64,000 bases of DNA. Source: Carcharhinus amblyrhynchos (lineage: Eukaryota). The stretch spans positions 2,790,001-2,854,000 of the forward strand of contig OZ336895.1 of assembly GCA_965287045.1 (NCBI GenBank), given 5' to 3'. Positions 13,150 to 25,549 of the stretch are shown in pieces. Numbering within the stretch: position 1 is the first letter of the stretch; each line of letters starts with the position of its first letter. The position numbers and the translations under genes were made by a program. The notes under the pieces are model-generated. The model had not been told where the DNA came from. It searched no databases and saw nothing but the letters and a program-made list of their open reading frames with translations.

Positions 13150-13945
13150 TGCTATAGTTAAGAAAGCCCACCAACGGCTCTACATTCTCAGGAGACGAAG
13201 GAAATTGGGCATCTTCTTTACAACTCTCACCAACTTCTACGATTGAGGTTTCTGAAAGGGGGCATTTCTTCAGCACTGCTTTGGCCCCACGAGAATTGCT
13301 CACCTTTCTCCTAGCTCCACTTTCAGGTATCTTTCTGGTAACAGTCTCTCACATTCCAGTGGGTAGGCCTCATGTAGGCCACATTTTCGTGAACACAGCC
13401 AGCTCTGCACAAGTCAGCTCACGACTGCCTCAAAAAGGCAGGCAATTTGTTCTGTTTGTAAGCAACGGGCCTGATATCTGAATTATTTTCCAGATGCACC
13501 ATAAAAAGCATTCTTTCTGGTCGTATCACGGTTTGGTGTGAGCTGCTGCCCTGTCCAAGGCCGCAAGAAATTGTAAAGAGTTGTGAACGTAGTCCAGTCC
13601 CTCACTCAAACCAGTCTCCCATACGTAGACACTGTCTATACTTCCCACTGCCTTGGAAAAGTAGCCAACATAATCAAGGACCCCACTCACTCTGGGCATA
13701 CACTCTTTCAACCTCTTCCATCGGGAAAAAGATACAAGTCTGAGACCACATACCAACCAACTCAAGAATAACATCTTCCCTGCTGCCATCAGGCTTTTAA
13801 ATGGACCTAGCTATGACTGTAACACTACATTCTGCACTCTCTCCTTTCCTTCCGTATGAATGGCATGCTTGTCTGTACGGTGCGCAAAAAACAATACTTT
13901 TCACAGTATACTAATACTTTACAATAATAAATCAAATCAAATTCA
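13150..13945 (+). mobile_element. Rex1/Babar LINE 3' fragment with a ~250-nt foreign insert (13241-13491)
   Basis: KKAHQRLY-type RT C-terminal sequence, (AATCA)n tail, interrupted at ttctac^agatgcacc. Confidence 0.75.
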
Positions 13946-14329
13946 AAGCACAGTTGTTGGCAAGGAAACATAGTCTTGAGTTAATCAGAGCTCAACTTAT
14001 TTGGCAAGCAATGGAAACATTAATAACAGTCAGGACCCGATGCCAGAACCTGCGCAGAGTAATCAGCCTTTTAAAAACAAATAGTTCTGCACCTAACAAA
14101 ATGTAGACTCTCTGGAGTGGGGCAGACACATCATTTTTAATTGTTACCTGTGAGAAGCACAGGGGAACCCTTCAATTGTGTTCTAAGTGTATATCAAAGC
14201 CTAGTACATCGAATTGCTCAGAAATAAGCCCTTCAGTCCAACTAGTCTGTGCCAGTATTTACACGTCAATCTTCTCCTACATCATCTACCTCATCAGTCT
14301 TCCAGCATATTTTCTATTCCCCTTTTCCT

Positions 14330-14615
14330 CAGAATAGAATCCCTACAGTACAGAAGGTGGCCATTCAGCCCAACCAGCCTGCTCCAAAAGAGCATTTTTC
14401 CCAGGCCCAGCCCCCACCCTATTCCCATAATCCCATGCATTCACCATGGCTTGTCCACCTAACCTACATATCTTTAGACTGTGGGAGAAAATCAGGCAAC
14501 CTAAAGGAAACCCATGCAGACACGGGAAGAACATGCAAACCACACACAGGCAGTCACCCAAGGCCAGAATCCAACCTGGGTCCCTGACGCTGTGAGGCAG
14601 CAATGCTACTACTGC
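14330..14615 (-). mobile_element. HE1-type V-SINE
   Basis: Head, V-domain and tail. Confidence 0.85.
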
Positions 14616-15717
14616 GCTGCTCATTAAGTACACCCAAACTATTTGCCTCAACCCATCCCTGTGGCAGTGAGTTCCAAGCCATGCCAGTTTTCTTTTCCTT
14701 CATCTGATAGTTTTTGTCACTCCTGTCCCAAAGGGATTTACTCGTCACCAGAGCATACCTTCAGGGATGCTCAGTCTAATGGAACATTACTGATCAGTGA
14801 GCCTCAAAAACAATCTCTCTGGATTTAAAAGGCCTACAGGCTTCCCTGAAGGGCAGAGCTGTGCACTCCTTCGCTGAGGTAGCAGTCGTGTGTGGATTTC
14901 TCAATAGTTGCCGATGAGTTTACTGGGGGATGAGAAATACAAATTAGATGCCCAAGTTCTATCTACAGTGAAATTCACCCTGACCCATCCCGAATTTACA
15001 GGAGATTGCTGAACTTTCAGCCTCAGACACCTAGAATCACAAGAGAGCAACGGTGAAGGGTGCAAATTATCCAGGCACATTGCGGAGTGGCAGTATTCCA
15101 ATTGGCCAGACAAATCTTGCCATTTTTGCATCTTTACCCTACTTTGTATGAAACCATTCTCTGATGCCCACTACTCCAAACCTCCCACTGCACATCCAGA
15201 CCAATTCCAGTTTCAAATTTGTTTGGAATCCCTTTGGGTGTATAGCCAGGCATCAATATTAGATGAACTTCTGTACCCCACTTGAACTGGTCCATGAAAA
15301 ACCGTTCAGTGAGCTGAATCACCTGCTCCAAATCACTTAATTGGTAAACAACTAATTCCAATTGGATGGGATGGTTGTTCACCTCCGCGTCCCTTCAGTC
15401 CCCAGCCTCCAGTGTTGCGGAAGCTTGCTAATGCTCTAAGCACTCCTGCCTTTGATCAGAAGGTTGTGGATTGAATCTCAACTCCAAGATTTGAGCACAT
15501 TATTAGGACTGATACTCAAGAGGTGGATTGTTGGGAATTTTCCTTTTGACGAAGCATTACTTCAAAGGAAAGGATACTTGCAGGTTCATTTCAGAGATCA
15601 CAACCGGTGTGCTTCTTGACCCTTTGGCTAAGTCAAGATCAGGTGCAAAGCCTTCTCTGGTCAGTGTGGATCTTCCATGCCTCTCTCGTGGGGGCCATGA
15701 ATTGGATTCAACTTGAT

Positions 15718-16042
15718 TTAAAGTTTACTTATTAGTGTCACAAGTAGGCTTGCATTAACACCGCAATGAAGTTACTGTGAAAGTCACCACTCTCCGGTGC
15801 CTGTTCAAGTACACCGAGGGGGAATTTAGCATGGCCAGTCCACCTAACTTCCTGAGAAAGTAGAGGCGTTGGTGGACTTTCACAACTATAACGTCTTGGA
15901 GTGTGGGAAGGAACTGTAGCACCCGGAGGAAACCCGCGCATACATGGGGAAGACATGCAGACTCCACACAGACAGTGGCCCACAATGGGAATTGAACCAA
16001 GGTCCCTGGCGCTGTGAGATAACAGCAGTGCTTCCCACTGTG
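15718..16042 (-). mobile_element. V-SINE variant with an alternative 3' tail
   Basis: HE1-like head and V-domain with tail …GTAAGCCTACTTGTGACACTAATAA. Copies at about 21595, 24352, 25285, 28291, 30575, 38125, 40410 and 43740. Confidence 0.8.
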
Positions 16043-17144
16043 GTTCTTGAAGCAAGCAAAGAGATGGATAAGGGCTCACTCTTCCACTGGCTCTGTACCT
16101 TGAAAAACTGAGTAAAAATTACATTTTTTAAAAAGCGATGGCTCTCTCAAACACCACAAATGGCACTATTCGTGGAATTTCACTTTGCAAACACGGCTGC
16201 CACGTGACTGTTCTACAAAATTAATTATGTGAATTTCCTGCAAATAAGGTGCAGGTCAGTATGAATGCAAGTCTTTCTTACTCAGTATTCCTTCCCCCAC
16301 CACCCCCCCTCCCCAAATATAGCACAAACTGTAGGTGTAATCAAGAACTACTGCGTCTGAAAAATGATATTCCAGCTGAGGCTCTATGCAGTCCACTGGG
16401 ACTGAACCAAAACTTTGCTCAACTTGCTTCATTTATGATAAGCATCAGAGCGTGGAGACTTAGTTGCTCAGAGAGTTGAATTCAAGTCCAGGTCATACAG
16501 AGGAGAGATTAAACCCTAGCACAGCAGTTCACTAAACTAACAGGTATGCTCACTAAATCTCCAAAGCCTCTCATTTTCCATGTCTAAGTAAGCCCTTTCG
16601 TTACTGCTGCAATTAACAGTTGCTGTACTTTTTCCAATACCATTTGGATTTTTGTTCAAGATCCAAGTGAAGGCAAAATAGTACAACAGTAATCATCAGG
16701 AACCGTCAATTACTGCTCAGGTGGTTAACATAACAAGTTGATACAAGGTTGGAATCCCAGTCTGTGTCGAGTTAGCTGACTTCAGGCAACATGGAACTGA
16801 GAGGGCAATAAGAACACAGCAGGACGTCCGCAAGGGTTTCTGCTTTCAATTGCTATCTATTGAAGCTTACTGCCAATTGCAAATCTGATCACTGGATGAG
16901 AAGAGGTCAGTCAGGCTTTGATGCAAATCCTACCACTTGCACACACCTCACCCTGCAACTCACAGCATCGTTAAAAAAAACACAAGTCCAGTGCATTAGT
17001 GGCATTGCACCTCAAAACAGGTGACAAGAAATGTGAGAAATCAGATCGAGTACTGCCAAAATCTTCAGAGATCAGGGAGCTAACGGCAGTGCAGAAATGA
17101 CTCAAAAATGCGAAGATAGCTACAGACCTCCACTTCCAGCCATG

Positions 17145-17760
17145 AAGGAACTACAAAAGATCGTGAATGTAGCCCAATCCATCACACAGACCAGCCTCCC
17201 ATCCAACGACCATGTCTATGCTTCCCACTGCCTCGGCAAAGCAACCAGCATAATCGAGGACCCCACGCATCCCAGACATTCTCTTTTCCACCTTCTTCCA
17301 TTAGGAAAAAGGATACAAAAGTCTGAGGTCATGAACCAACGGACTCGAGAACAGCATGTTCCCTACTGCTGTCGAACACTTGAATGGACTACCTTGCATC
17401 AGATTGATCTTTCTCTACAGCTTAGCCACGACTGTAACACTACGCTCTGCACGCACTCCGTTCCTTCTCTATGAACGGTATGCTTTGTCTGTATAGTGTG
17501 CAAGACACAATACTTTTCACTGTATGTTAATACATGTGACAGTAATAAATCAAAATTAAATCAAGGAGGAAAATCTGTGGAGAGAGAATAGAGCCAATGT
17601 TTCAAGCTTGGATGGCCATTCAGAGCTCTGACAAAAGGTCATCCAAACTTGAAATGTTGGCTCAATTCTCTCTCCACGATGCTGTCAGACCTGCTGAGAT
17701 TTTCTAGTATTTTCTTGTTTTTGTTTCAGAATCCAGCATCTGCAGTATTTTGCTTTTATC
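17145..17760 (+). mobile_element. Rex1/Babar 3' fragment plus Penelope-like dimer (inverted counterpart of 11996-12530)
   Basis: Same composite and the same junction AATCAAAATTAAATCAAGGAGGAAAATC. Confidence 0.75.
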
Positions 17761-18046
17761 TGAAGAAAAATCACTGGTGGAGCAAAAGGGTCCAACGTAG
17801 ACACAACTTTTAGTTACTGTACAAGCACTCCATCCATCCAACCCCCTTCGTATAGCTTCCAGTAAATATAAAGTTCAGTGAACGAGGTGGGAGCGGCAAT
17901 AATTTTTCTTTTTTTGACTGCACTGCTCTCGAAGGAAAACAAGAGGGCTACCACAATTTTCCAAGCTGAGAAATAATACACCAAGAGACCAACTTTTGAA
18001 CACAAACGCTGAGTGCATCTTAGGCAACTTACAAACTAATAACAAC

Positions 18047-18358
18047 AGATGGCAGAGTGGTTAGCACTGCTGCCTCACAGCACCAGGGACTTAGGTTCAA
18101 TTCCAGCCTCGGGTCACTGTCTGTGCAAACTCCACACATTCTCCCCATGTCTGCATGGGTTTCCCCCGGGTGCTCTAGTTTATTCCCACAGTCCAAAGAT
18201 GTGCAGGTTAGGTGGATTGGCCATGATAAATTGACCCTAGTGACAGGGGGATGAGCGGGGTAAACGTGGGTTATGGGAATAGGGCCTTAGAGGGATTGTG
18301 GTTGGTACAGACTCAATGGGCTGAATGGCCTCCTTCTGTACTGTAGGGATTTTATGAT
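18047..18358 (+). mobile_element. HE1-type V-SINE
   Basis: Full-length copy. Confidence 0.9.
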
Positions 18359-18989
18359 AATCAGTTTTTAAAGAAGTCACTAATCTCAATGCCAAAGAAA
18401 AATAGCTGCAAAAAAAAAATGGCCCAAACCCAATCTACAGAACATATGTTGACATTGATCACACAGCAATATTAACATTAGCATCTTTTGGATGCCAAAA
18501 TTGTCAACAGGAACAATGCCTCAGTATTTCACAAACAATCACAATGGCTCAACAGCTCTGACCAGAGTGGATCAAGATGTTCACGCCGTGTGCCAGAGTT
18601 TAAACCTCCGACTACGCTAACCTGCCTTCAATGGGTCCACCTTCACCATGCCAGTTCTCAAGTAAGAACAGAATCCAACACGGATAATCAGAATGGAGCT
18701 GCCGACGCATAACACAGCTGCACTGAGTGCAACTGTGGAGAGTTAACCGATTCGCTCTAGCACTCTTGGACTGACAGAGGACGTACAGCAATCAAACTGG
18801 TGATGTTCTTACCTAGAATAGTCCACACAAACTAAAGAAATGCACACACTGCAAACTCTGTGCATCTCTGAATTATCTATTGAGTTTCTCCCACTTCACA
18901 TTTTCTCCTCACATCCTAATATGAAGGACCTCATATCAGCATGCACTTGGTTGTCATTTATGATTTGCCCGGGTGGCTATTCCTTATTT

Positions 18990-19432
18990 ATAGAATCCCT
19001 ACAATGCAGCAGGAGGCTATGTGGCCCATCAGTTGACAGTAACCCCACCCGATCCCCACAACCCCACATGTTTACCCTGCTAATCCCCCTGGGCAATCAA
19101 CATAACCTGCACATCTTTGTAACCATTTGGCCCATCGAGTTTGCTCTGACTCTTCGATGGAGCATTCCACCCAGACCCTATCTGCATAACCCATGTATTC
19201 ATTCCATTAATCCCCCGAATCTACACATCTCCTGACACTAAGGGGCAATTTAGCACAGCCAACCCACCTAACCAGCACTTCTTTGGAGTAGAGGAGGAAA
19301 CCGGAGCACCTCAGAAGAAAGCCATACAGACACGGGGAGAACATTTAAAATCCACACAGACAGTGACCCAAGCCAGGAATTGAGCCCAGGTCCCTAGTGC
19401 TTTGAGGCAGCAGTGCTAACCTCCGTGCCCCC
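18990..19432 (-). mobile_element. HE1-type V-SINE with a duplicated tail
   Basis: SINE body plus two tail segments. Confidence 0.85.
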
Positions 19433-19966
19433 GTACGAGCAGACAGAACCAGTTCGACCATGGGAGATATGACCTCAATCCACTTGCTTTCCAGTGGATC
19501 AAAAGTTCAAACCCATGCATATTTTGGTCTCTCCAGCCAAGAACTGAAGATAATCAGCTGTGACATTTCTGGCACAGTCACAGCTGAGATAGGTACAGAC
19601 AGAAATGAAATCTGAGACCTTCTTGCTCTGTGTATTCTTGGTGCACGAGTTAAGTAAAAACAAAATCAGCACATTTTCTGGATCACCCACTGGCACATGC
19701 AAAGGAACAAAGGTCTATACAACTTGTAATATATTGCCTAGGAATGAGCTGAAGGTTGATCTCCAGGCACAAAACAGGTTTACACTAAGCCTATATTTGC
19801 ACTGCATAGATGTCGACTGTACCGAGAATGAGAAAGCAACGGCAGAACCACTTTGGATTGTAGAATCCGGCTAGATTTGAATATCTGATCAGTGCCGAGA
19901 AGCACACAGAAGTTAATTGCAGCACAATGGGAGACAAAGCCTGTTGAAAATACACTGAAGGCTCAC

Positions 19967-20056
19967 CTTCATTTTTAACTTTTTTTAAAATTGCTCATTA
20001 TTTGACGTTGAAAACTCATCTCAGAAGATTGCATGGAGTAACAGGCACTCTTAAGT
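19967..20056 (-). other. Candidate 90-nt cassette exon in TLE intron 1
   Basis: ttaac branch-like motif, cctctgttccag| acceptor and AAG|GTGAGC donor. Confidence 0.4.
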
Positions 20057-20097
20057 CTGGAACAGAGGTATACTGTTAATCCAAATTTAAACAAGTT

Positions 20098-20400
20098 TCA
20101 TAGAAATCCTACAGTTCTGGAGGCCACCATTCGGCCCATCGAGTCTGCACCAACAACCATCCCATCCTAACCCTATATTTACCCGGCTAACCTACGTATC
20201 CCAGGACACTAAGGGGCAGTTTAGCATGGCCAATCCACCTAACCTGCACATCTTCAGATTGTGGGAGGAAACCGAAGCACCTGGAAGAAACCCACGCAGA
20301 CATGGGGAGAACGTGCAAATTCCACACAGACAGTGACCCAAGCTGGGAATCGAACCCAGGTCCCTGGTGGTGTGAGGCAGCAGTGCTAACCACTGTGCTA
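20098..20400 (-). mobile_element. HE1-type V-SINE
   Basis: Full-length copy. Confidence 0.9.
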
Positions 20401-21246
20401 CACTTCACTGTATAGAAATGCACCGTATGCAATCCAGGAATACCTATTGCTGACACTAAGTACTCAAAATATTAAGTTTTCCAATCCTTTTCATTACATT
20501 CTGTGGACTGGTGACCCTCCCACTACTCCTCCATCCTCCCACCAAAACAGTGGTGGATTACAAAACACAGATGCGTTTTTCTTTGATTTAGTATTTCAGA
20601 ATGGGAGCTGCAACATAAAATTGTAAGTTCATTCAAGATCCAACAATCTCTGCAGTCTTCATGACGTTCCTGGTCAGGTGTGACAATGAATGCGACAGTC
20701 AGCTTGTCACACCTGCCCCTGGAACATGGAAACAGGCAGCTGACATTCTCCAACCTGATCCATATCAAACTGCATCTGACAATTACACCACAGCCCAAGT
20801 GCTCCCAGTTGAATACAAGTGCTGCAATTTAGGTTCTGAAGCAACTGATGGGTGAAAAGCTAAATGAGGGCTTAAAACCACAAACTATCCAGGGGGCACT
20901 TCAAAAGCTGACTGTTCACAGGGAGATTGGAGATTTTAAAAGAAATGCAGAAAAATCTACTTTATTCTGCAGAATAGATGTGATAATTAGCCCATAACAA
21001 AATGAGCCAACTTCCAAGGTTTCAGCAGAAATAGCACTCGTTTATGCACAAGACACAGCTGACATTGTCATGTGATGTCCCAACCACTGGAATATGATTC
21101 CCTTTCTCTGACAGTGGTTGTTCGCACTCCAGCACTGCCAGCCAGGTTTTGGTACCCACGAAGACACCTCGCATGAGAGCCTAAGCAGTGAATACCAGCA
21201 AGCTATCAACCAGAGGACATTCCATTTAAATCCCAGTGCCCTCACT

Positions 21247-21765
21247 GGGGCTGCACAGTGGCTGCATCACAGCGCCAGGGACTGGGATTCAGTTCTTGGC
21301 TTGGGTCACTATGTGCAGAGTCTGCATGTTCTCCCCGTGTCTGCGTGGGTTTGCTCCAGGTGCTCTGGTTTCCTCTCAATTCAGAAATGTGTAGGTTAAT
21401 TTGATTTTCCATGCTAAGTTGCCCCTTAGTGCCTCAATTTCTGTAGCAGGATTAGTGGGGTAAATATGTGGGTTTGTGGGGATAGGGCCTGGGTGAGATA
21501 CTCTGTCTGAGAATCAGTGCAGACTCAATGGGCTGAATGGCCTCCATCTGCACTGTGGAATTCTATAAGTTTAAGCCACAGCCTGTACAGCCTTCAGGTT
21601 CTCCAGTTTCCTCCCATAGTCCGAAAGATATGATTAGGGGCATTGGCTGTGCTAAGTTCTCCCTCAGTGTACCTGAACAGGCGCCAAAGTGTGGCAACTA
21701 GGGGATTTTCACAGTAACTTCATTGCACTATTAACCATAAGCTCAATTGTGACACAATAAATAAA
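21247..21765 (+). mobile_element. HE1 SINE followed by a variant-tail V-SINE fragment
   Basis: Two abutting SINE bodies. Confidence 0.85.
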
Positions 21766-22227
21766 TTTGAAACATCATTTAGTGACTGTTCTGTTCCCGC
21801 AGGTGTTGCTGTAATGCCCCATTACCACTGCCTGCCATCTCCAACTGATTCCCTTTTCCACATCTCTCCCTATACTTGCAGCACTGAAGAATTCCAACTG
21901 TCCTTCAACTTCTGTAACTCAGAACAAATAACTTAATTGCTAATTAAAACCAAACTCAATTCTTTTTAAAATTTGCCTTGAAGCTAAAAGAATTTGTCTA
22001 AAATAAAAATACAATCTCCCAACCTGCTCTCGAAATCGCAAGTCTTCACATGATTTTGGGACTTTCGGTTGGATTTTTAACTAGGGCCAAAACTCTCGGG
22101 TGGGATCCAAAGTCAGCAGGACAAGCTGACTAATCCCCACCCAAGATCTAATCTCAGAAACGTGTATGGCTTCACAAAGGATGGTGTAGCAAAGAGGAAG
22201 ATTAAAAACAGAGTTCAAAAAACTTAC

Positions 22228-22385
22228 CAATTAACTGGGAGACAGCCCCAGTCCCTCTGTCTGACTGCGCCCAAACACTAAAGGGGTTACCGCACCTGCG
22301 GAACTTTCGTCTTCATGTACAGAGGGGCATAAACAACAAATGAACACCAGCCTGATACAAACTTCCCGCCCAGCGTGGGACAGCT
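22228..22385 (-). other. Candidate alternative first exon or cassette exon in TLE intron 1
   Basis: cccactgcag| acceptor, strong TTG|GTAAGT donor and local CpG enrichment. Confidence 0.4.
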
Positions 22386-22674
22386 CTGCAGTGGGATTGC
22401 CAAAATTAAATTCACATGTGACGACGTCGTGTGATACAACTGTGAATTGACTTTGTATTAGAGCATGACACAGCCGTGACGATTTAAAATTGGGAAGGTG
22501 GTGGCGGCGGGGGAGGGGGTGGGTTGTGGTAAACGGCTATAAAAGTGGTTCCAAAGGCAAAGCTGGCCACATTATGCAAAGTCACGCAACATATGTTGCC
22601 AGTTTACATGGCATGCATGTAGTCAGACTGATTTCAATTGCGCTGGTAAACTCCTTCCAGATCTTATCTGGAAG

Positions 22675-22900
22675 ATTACAGGTTTGATTCACAGTCTGCG
22701 TCAGCTTATCTGATCTCATACCGGACGGCAATAAGGGTACTAATTGGCCTCAGTGCCCCTGGACGAAGGGAATTAGCCAGGGATCCCATTCTTAATTGCA
22801 AGTTAATGGCCTCTACATGCGTGTCACACTGGCAGAGGCTAGGATCAGGATTGACTGCAATATCATCCGCAGTTGAATAAACTGCTGACACACACGGTCA
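22675..22900 (+). mobile_element. Old, diverged SINE-like repeat
   Basis: Similar to about 16745-16930 and 51925-51990/52505-52730 (GGTTTGATTC…AATTGGCCTCAGT…). Confidence 0.45.
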
Positions 22901-24316
22901 TGATCCCACTTGAACCTGTGCCCACAGAGCAGCAAAGCATCAAGGAACTAACCATGAGCTCGGGAGACACCATGTGAAAGGATGCTCCTGAACCTCATTC
23001 CCCCACACCAAACAGACAACAGTACATCCCCAAAACATACACCTTGCTTTCTCAAACAGGAGTGTATTGGGATTTTGCAGCAAGCGGTCAAAGGTTCAGC
23101 TTTAGGTTCAGAGGAAGGGGAGGAGTTCAGCACAATGTTTTGGAGCTCCTCTTGCCATGACGGTTCATTGTGTGATTGCAATTGAACCAAACAAGGATAG
23201 CTCCCAGCTCGCTTAGCGGTCTGGCTGAGTGACTGGCCTCAAACCCAACTCTACGAACGAACTCGGCACCTCTGTCCTCAACAGTGGAGCAAAACGTCAC
23301 TCAAGGCCCCCACTCTGACTCCCAGTGAAAACACGGTGCCTGTTGATACTGGAAGTAGATGGATCAGCATAAAGCTAAGTTTCCCCCAACCCTGGCTAAA
23401 CAGCCTGCTGGTGCTCAGAGGCAAGGTATCCACCTCCTCTGAAGAGCAGTTACTTGAGATAGCTGGGAGACAGTTGTCACCAATGAAATTACATCTCAGC
23501 AGTACCTTCAGGAGCGACAGGGGAGTATTTCAACTCTTGACCAAGCTGCCCACAGTACCATGTGGAAGGACATCATTTTCATTGGTGGGAGAAAGAAGTC
23601 TGGTTGGACCACAGCCAAATCAACTAGGCCCCCTGATGGCTAATTAAACGAGCAGTGAGAAAGTGATGAGTTCCACAGCCCTGACACTTCCACCCAATTG
23701 ACCAAAGGGACTGGCACATGAACAACTCGTCATTATTACCAGGAAGCACCACCTTCTCACACCTTCTGTAATCTATTTTTAGATCACATCCAGGTTCCAT
23801 TTTGTGCGCGCAACATTTTACAGATATCACTCTCAAACCCTCAAATTAACCAATGCTTCAAAAAATCCAATTCTCGCTCTATTTTGAGGCCAAAACATTG
23901 TGTGATTTCAAGAAATTAGATATAGCTCTTGGGGCTAAATGGATCCTGTGATATGGGGTATGGGGGAGGATCAGGATATTCAAATCTGATGAATTTAATT
24001 AATGGCAGAGCAGGCTTGAAGGGCCAAATGGCCTACTCCTGGCTTCTAGTTTCTATGTTCCCATACCCACCAAGAATCCAGTGGATCCTAAAGGTTTCTT
24101 AGTAAAAATCAGTAGTCGTGTGAACAGAGTGAATATAGTTTGGTGATGTGTTTACCTTCGCCTATGCTTACAAGTGGTAGACATGTGGATGGAGATTAAG
24201 ATATTGAACAATCTTATTGTTCAAGATAAGACGCAATGAAGATGTAACTTGCTTCATTACATCACCTCAAGACTTTTAATCCATTATTTTATTTCTTTCT
24301 CAAAATGACAAAAATG

Positions 24317-25549
24317 TCCTCTGTCCAATCTCAATCTTCACTGACACATGGACAGTACAAAGTGGCTAGCACTGCACCAGGGACCCTGGTTAGATTCCCA
24401 GATTGGGTCAGTGTGTGGAGTCTGCACGTTCTCCCACGGGTTTCCTCTGGCTTTCTCCCAAAGTCCGAAAGATCTGCTGGTTAAGGTGCATTGGCCGTGC
24501 TAAATTCTCCCTCAGCGTACCTGAACAGGCACCGGAGTGTGGCCACTAGGGAATTTTCACAGTAACTTCATTGCAGTGTTAATGTAAGCCTCTCGTGACA
24601 TTAATAAACATTGAGGGTAAATTTGCTGCCCAGTGGCACTCAATCATTCAACCCAGGATTCCCAGCCAAGGCTCCAATCCCAGATCACACAGCATCTCTG
24701 GAAAGTGCACCATGTGGTTAGAAGTAGGTCTGCCCCCTGTCCCACCACCCCCAGCAAATAATTTGCAGAGAGTCAGCATCTCAAGTCACGTGAGGAAAAA
24801 TGACCTGTGGACTCGGTACTAGGAGGGGGACCATTAGGATGATATGCCAGCACAGGTTAGCACCTCCAAACAGCGAGGAGAGGGGCGGCAGCTTGTAGAC
24901 TGGTTAGTACTGCTGCCTCACAGCGCCATGGACCTGGGTTCAATTCTAGTCTTGGGTCACTGTCTGTGTGGAGTTTTGTACGTTTTCCCTGTGTTTGTAT
25001 GTGTTTCCTCCCACAGTCTAAACATGTGCAGACTAAGTGAATTGGCCATGCTTTTGGTGTCAGGGGGATTAGTGGGGTAAATACATGGCATTATGGGGAT
25101 ACAGCCTGGATGGTATTGTTGTTGGTCCAGGCTCGATGGGCCAAATAGCCTCCTTCTGCACTTCGGGAGATCTATGATTCTACTTTATTTTTTAAAATCT
25201 TATAAATTAAAGTCTTGAGGAGATGTGCCCACAAAGCGAGTTACATTATTTCTCCTCTGTCCAATCTCGATCTTCATTGACACATGGACAGTACAAAGTG
25301 GCTAGCACTGCACCAGGGACCCTGGTTAGATTCCCAGATTGGGTCAGTGTGTGGAGTCTGCATGTTCTCCCACGGGTTTCCTCTGGTTTTTTTCCCAAAG
25401 TCCAAAAGATCTGCTGGTTAAGGTGCATTGGCTGTGCTAAATTCTCCCTCAGCGTACCTGAACAGGCACCAGAGCGTGGCCACTAGGGAATTTTCACAGT
25501 AACTTCATTGCAGTGTTAATGTAAGCCTCTCGTGACACTAATAAACATT
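24317..25549 (+). repeat. Local ~295-bp direct duplication (24317-24612 and 25253-25549) flanking an HE1 SINE (24882-25181)
   Basis: Near-identical copies that include non-SINE flank (TCCTCTGTCCAATCTC…) and share private SINE deletions. Confidence 0.85.

Noticed and set aside
20523-20798. ORF containing RCDKL, resembling TLE exon 3 (ECDKL)
   Set aside because: The flanking residues do not match the Q domain and there are no fitting splice sites.
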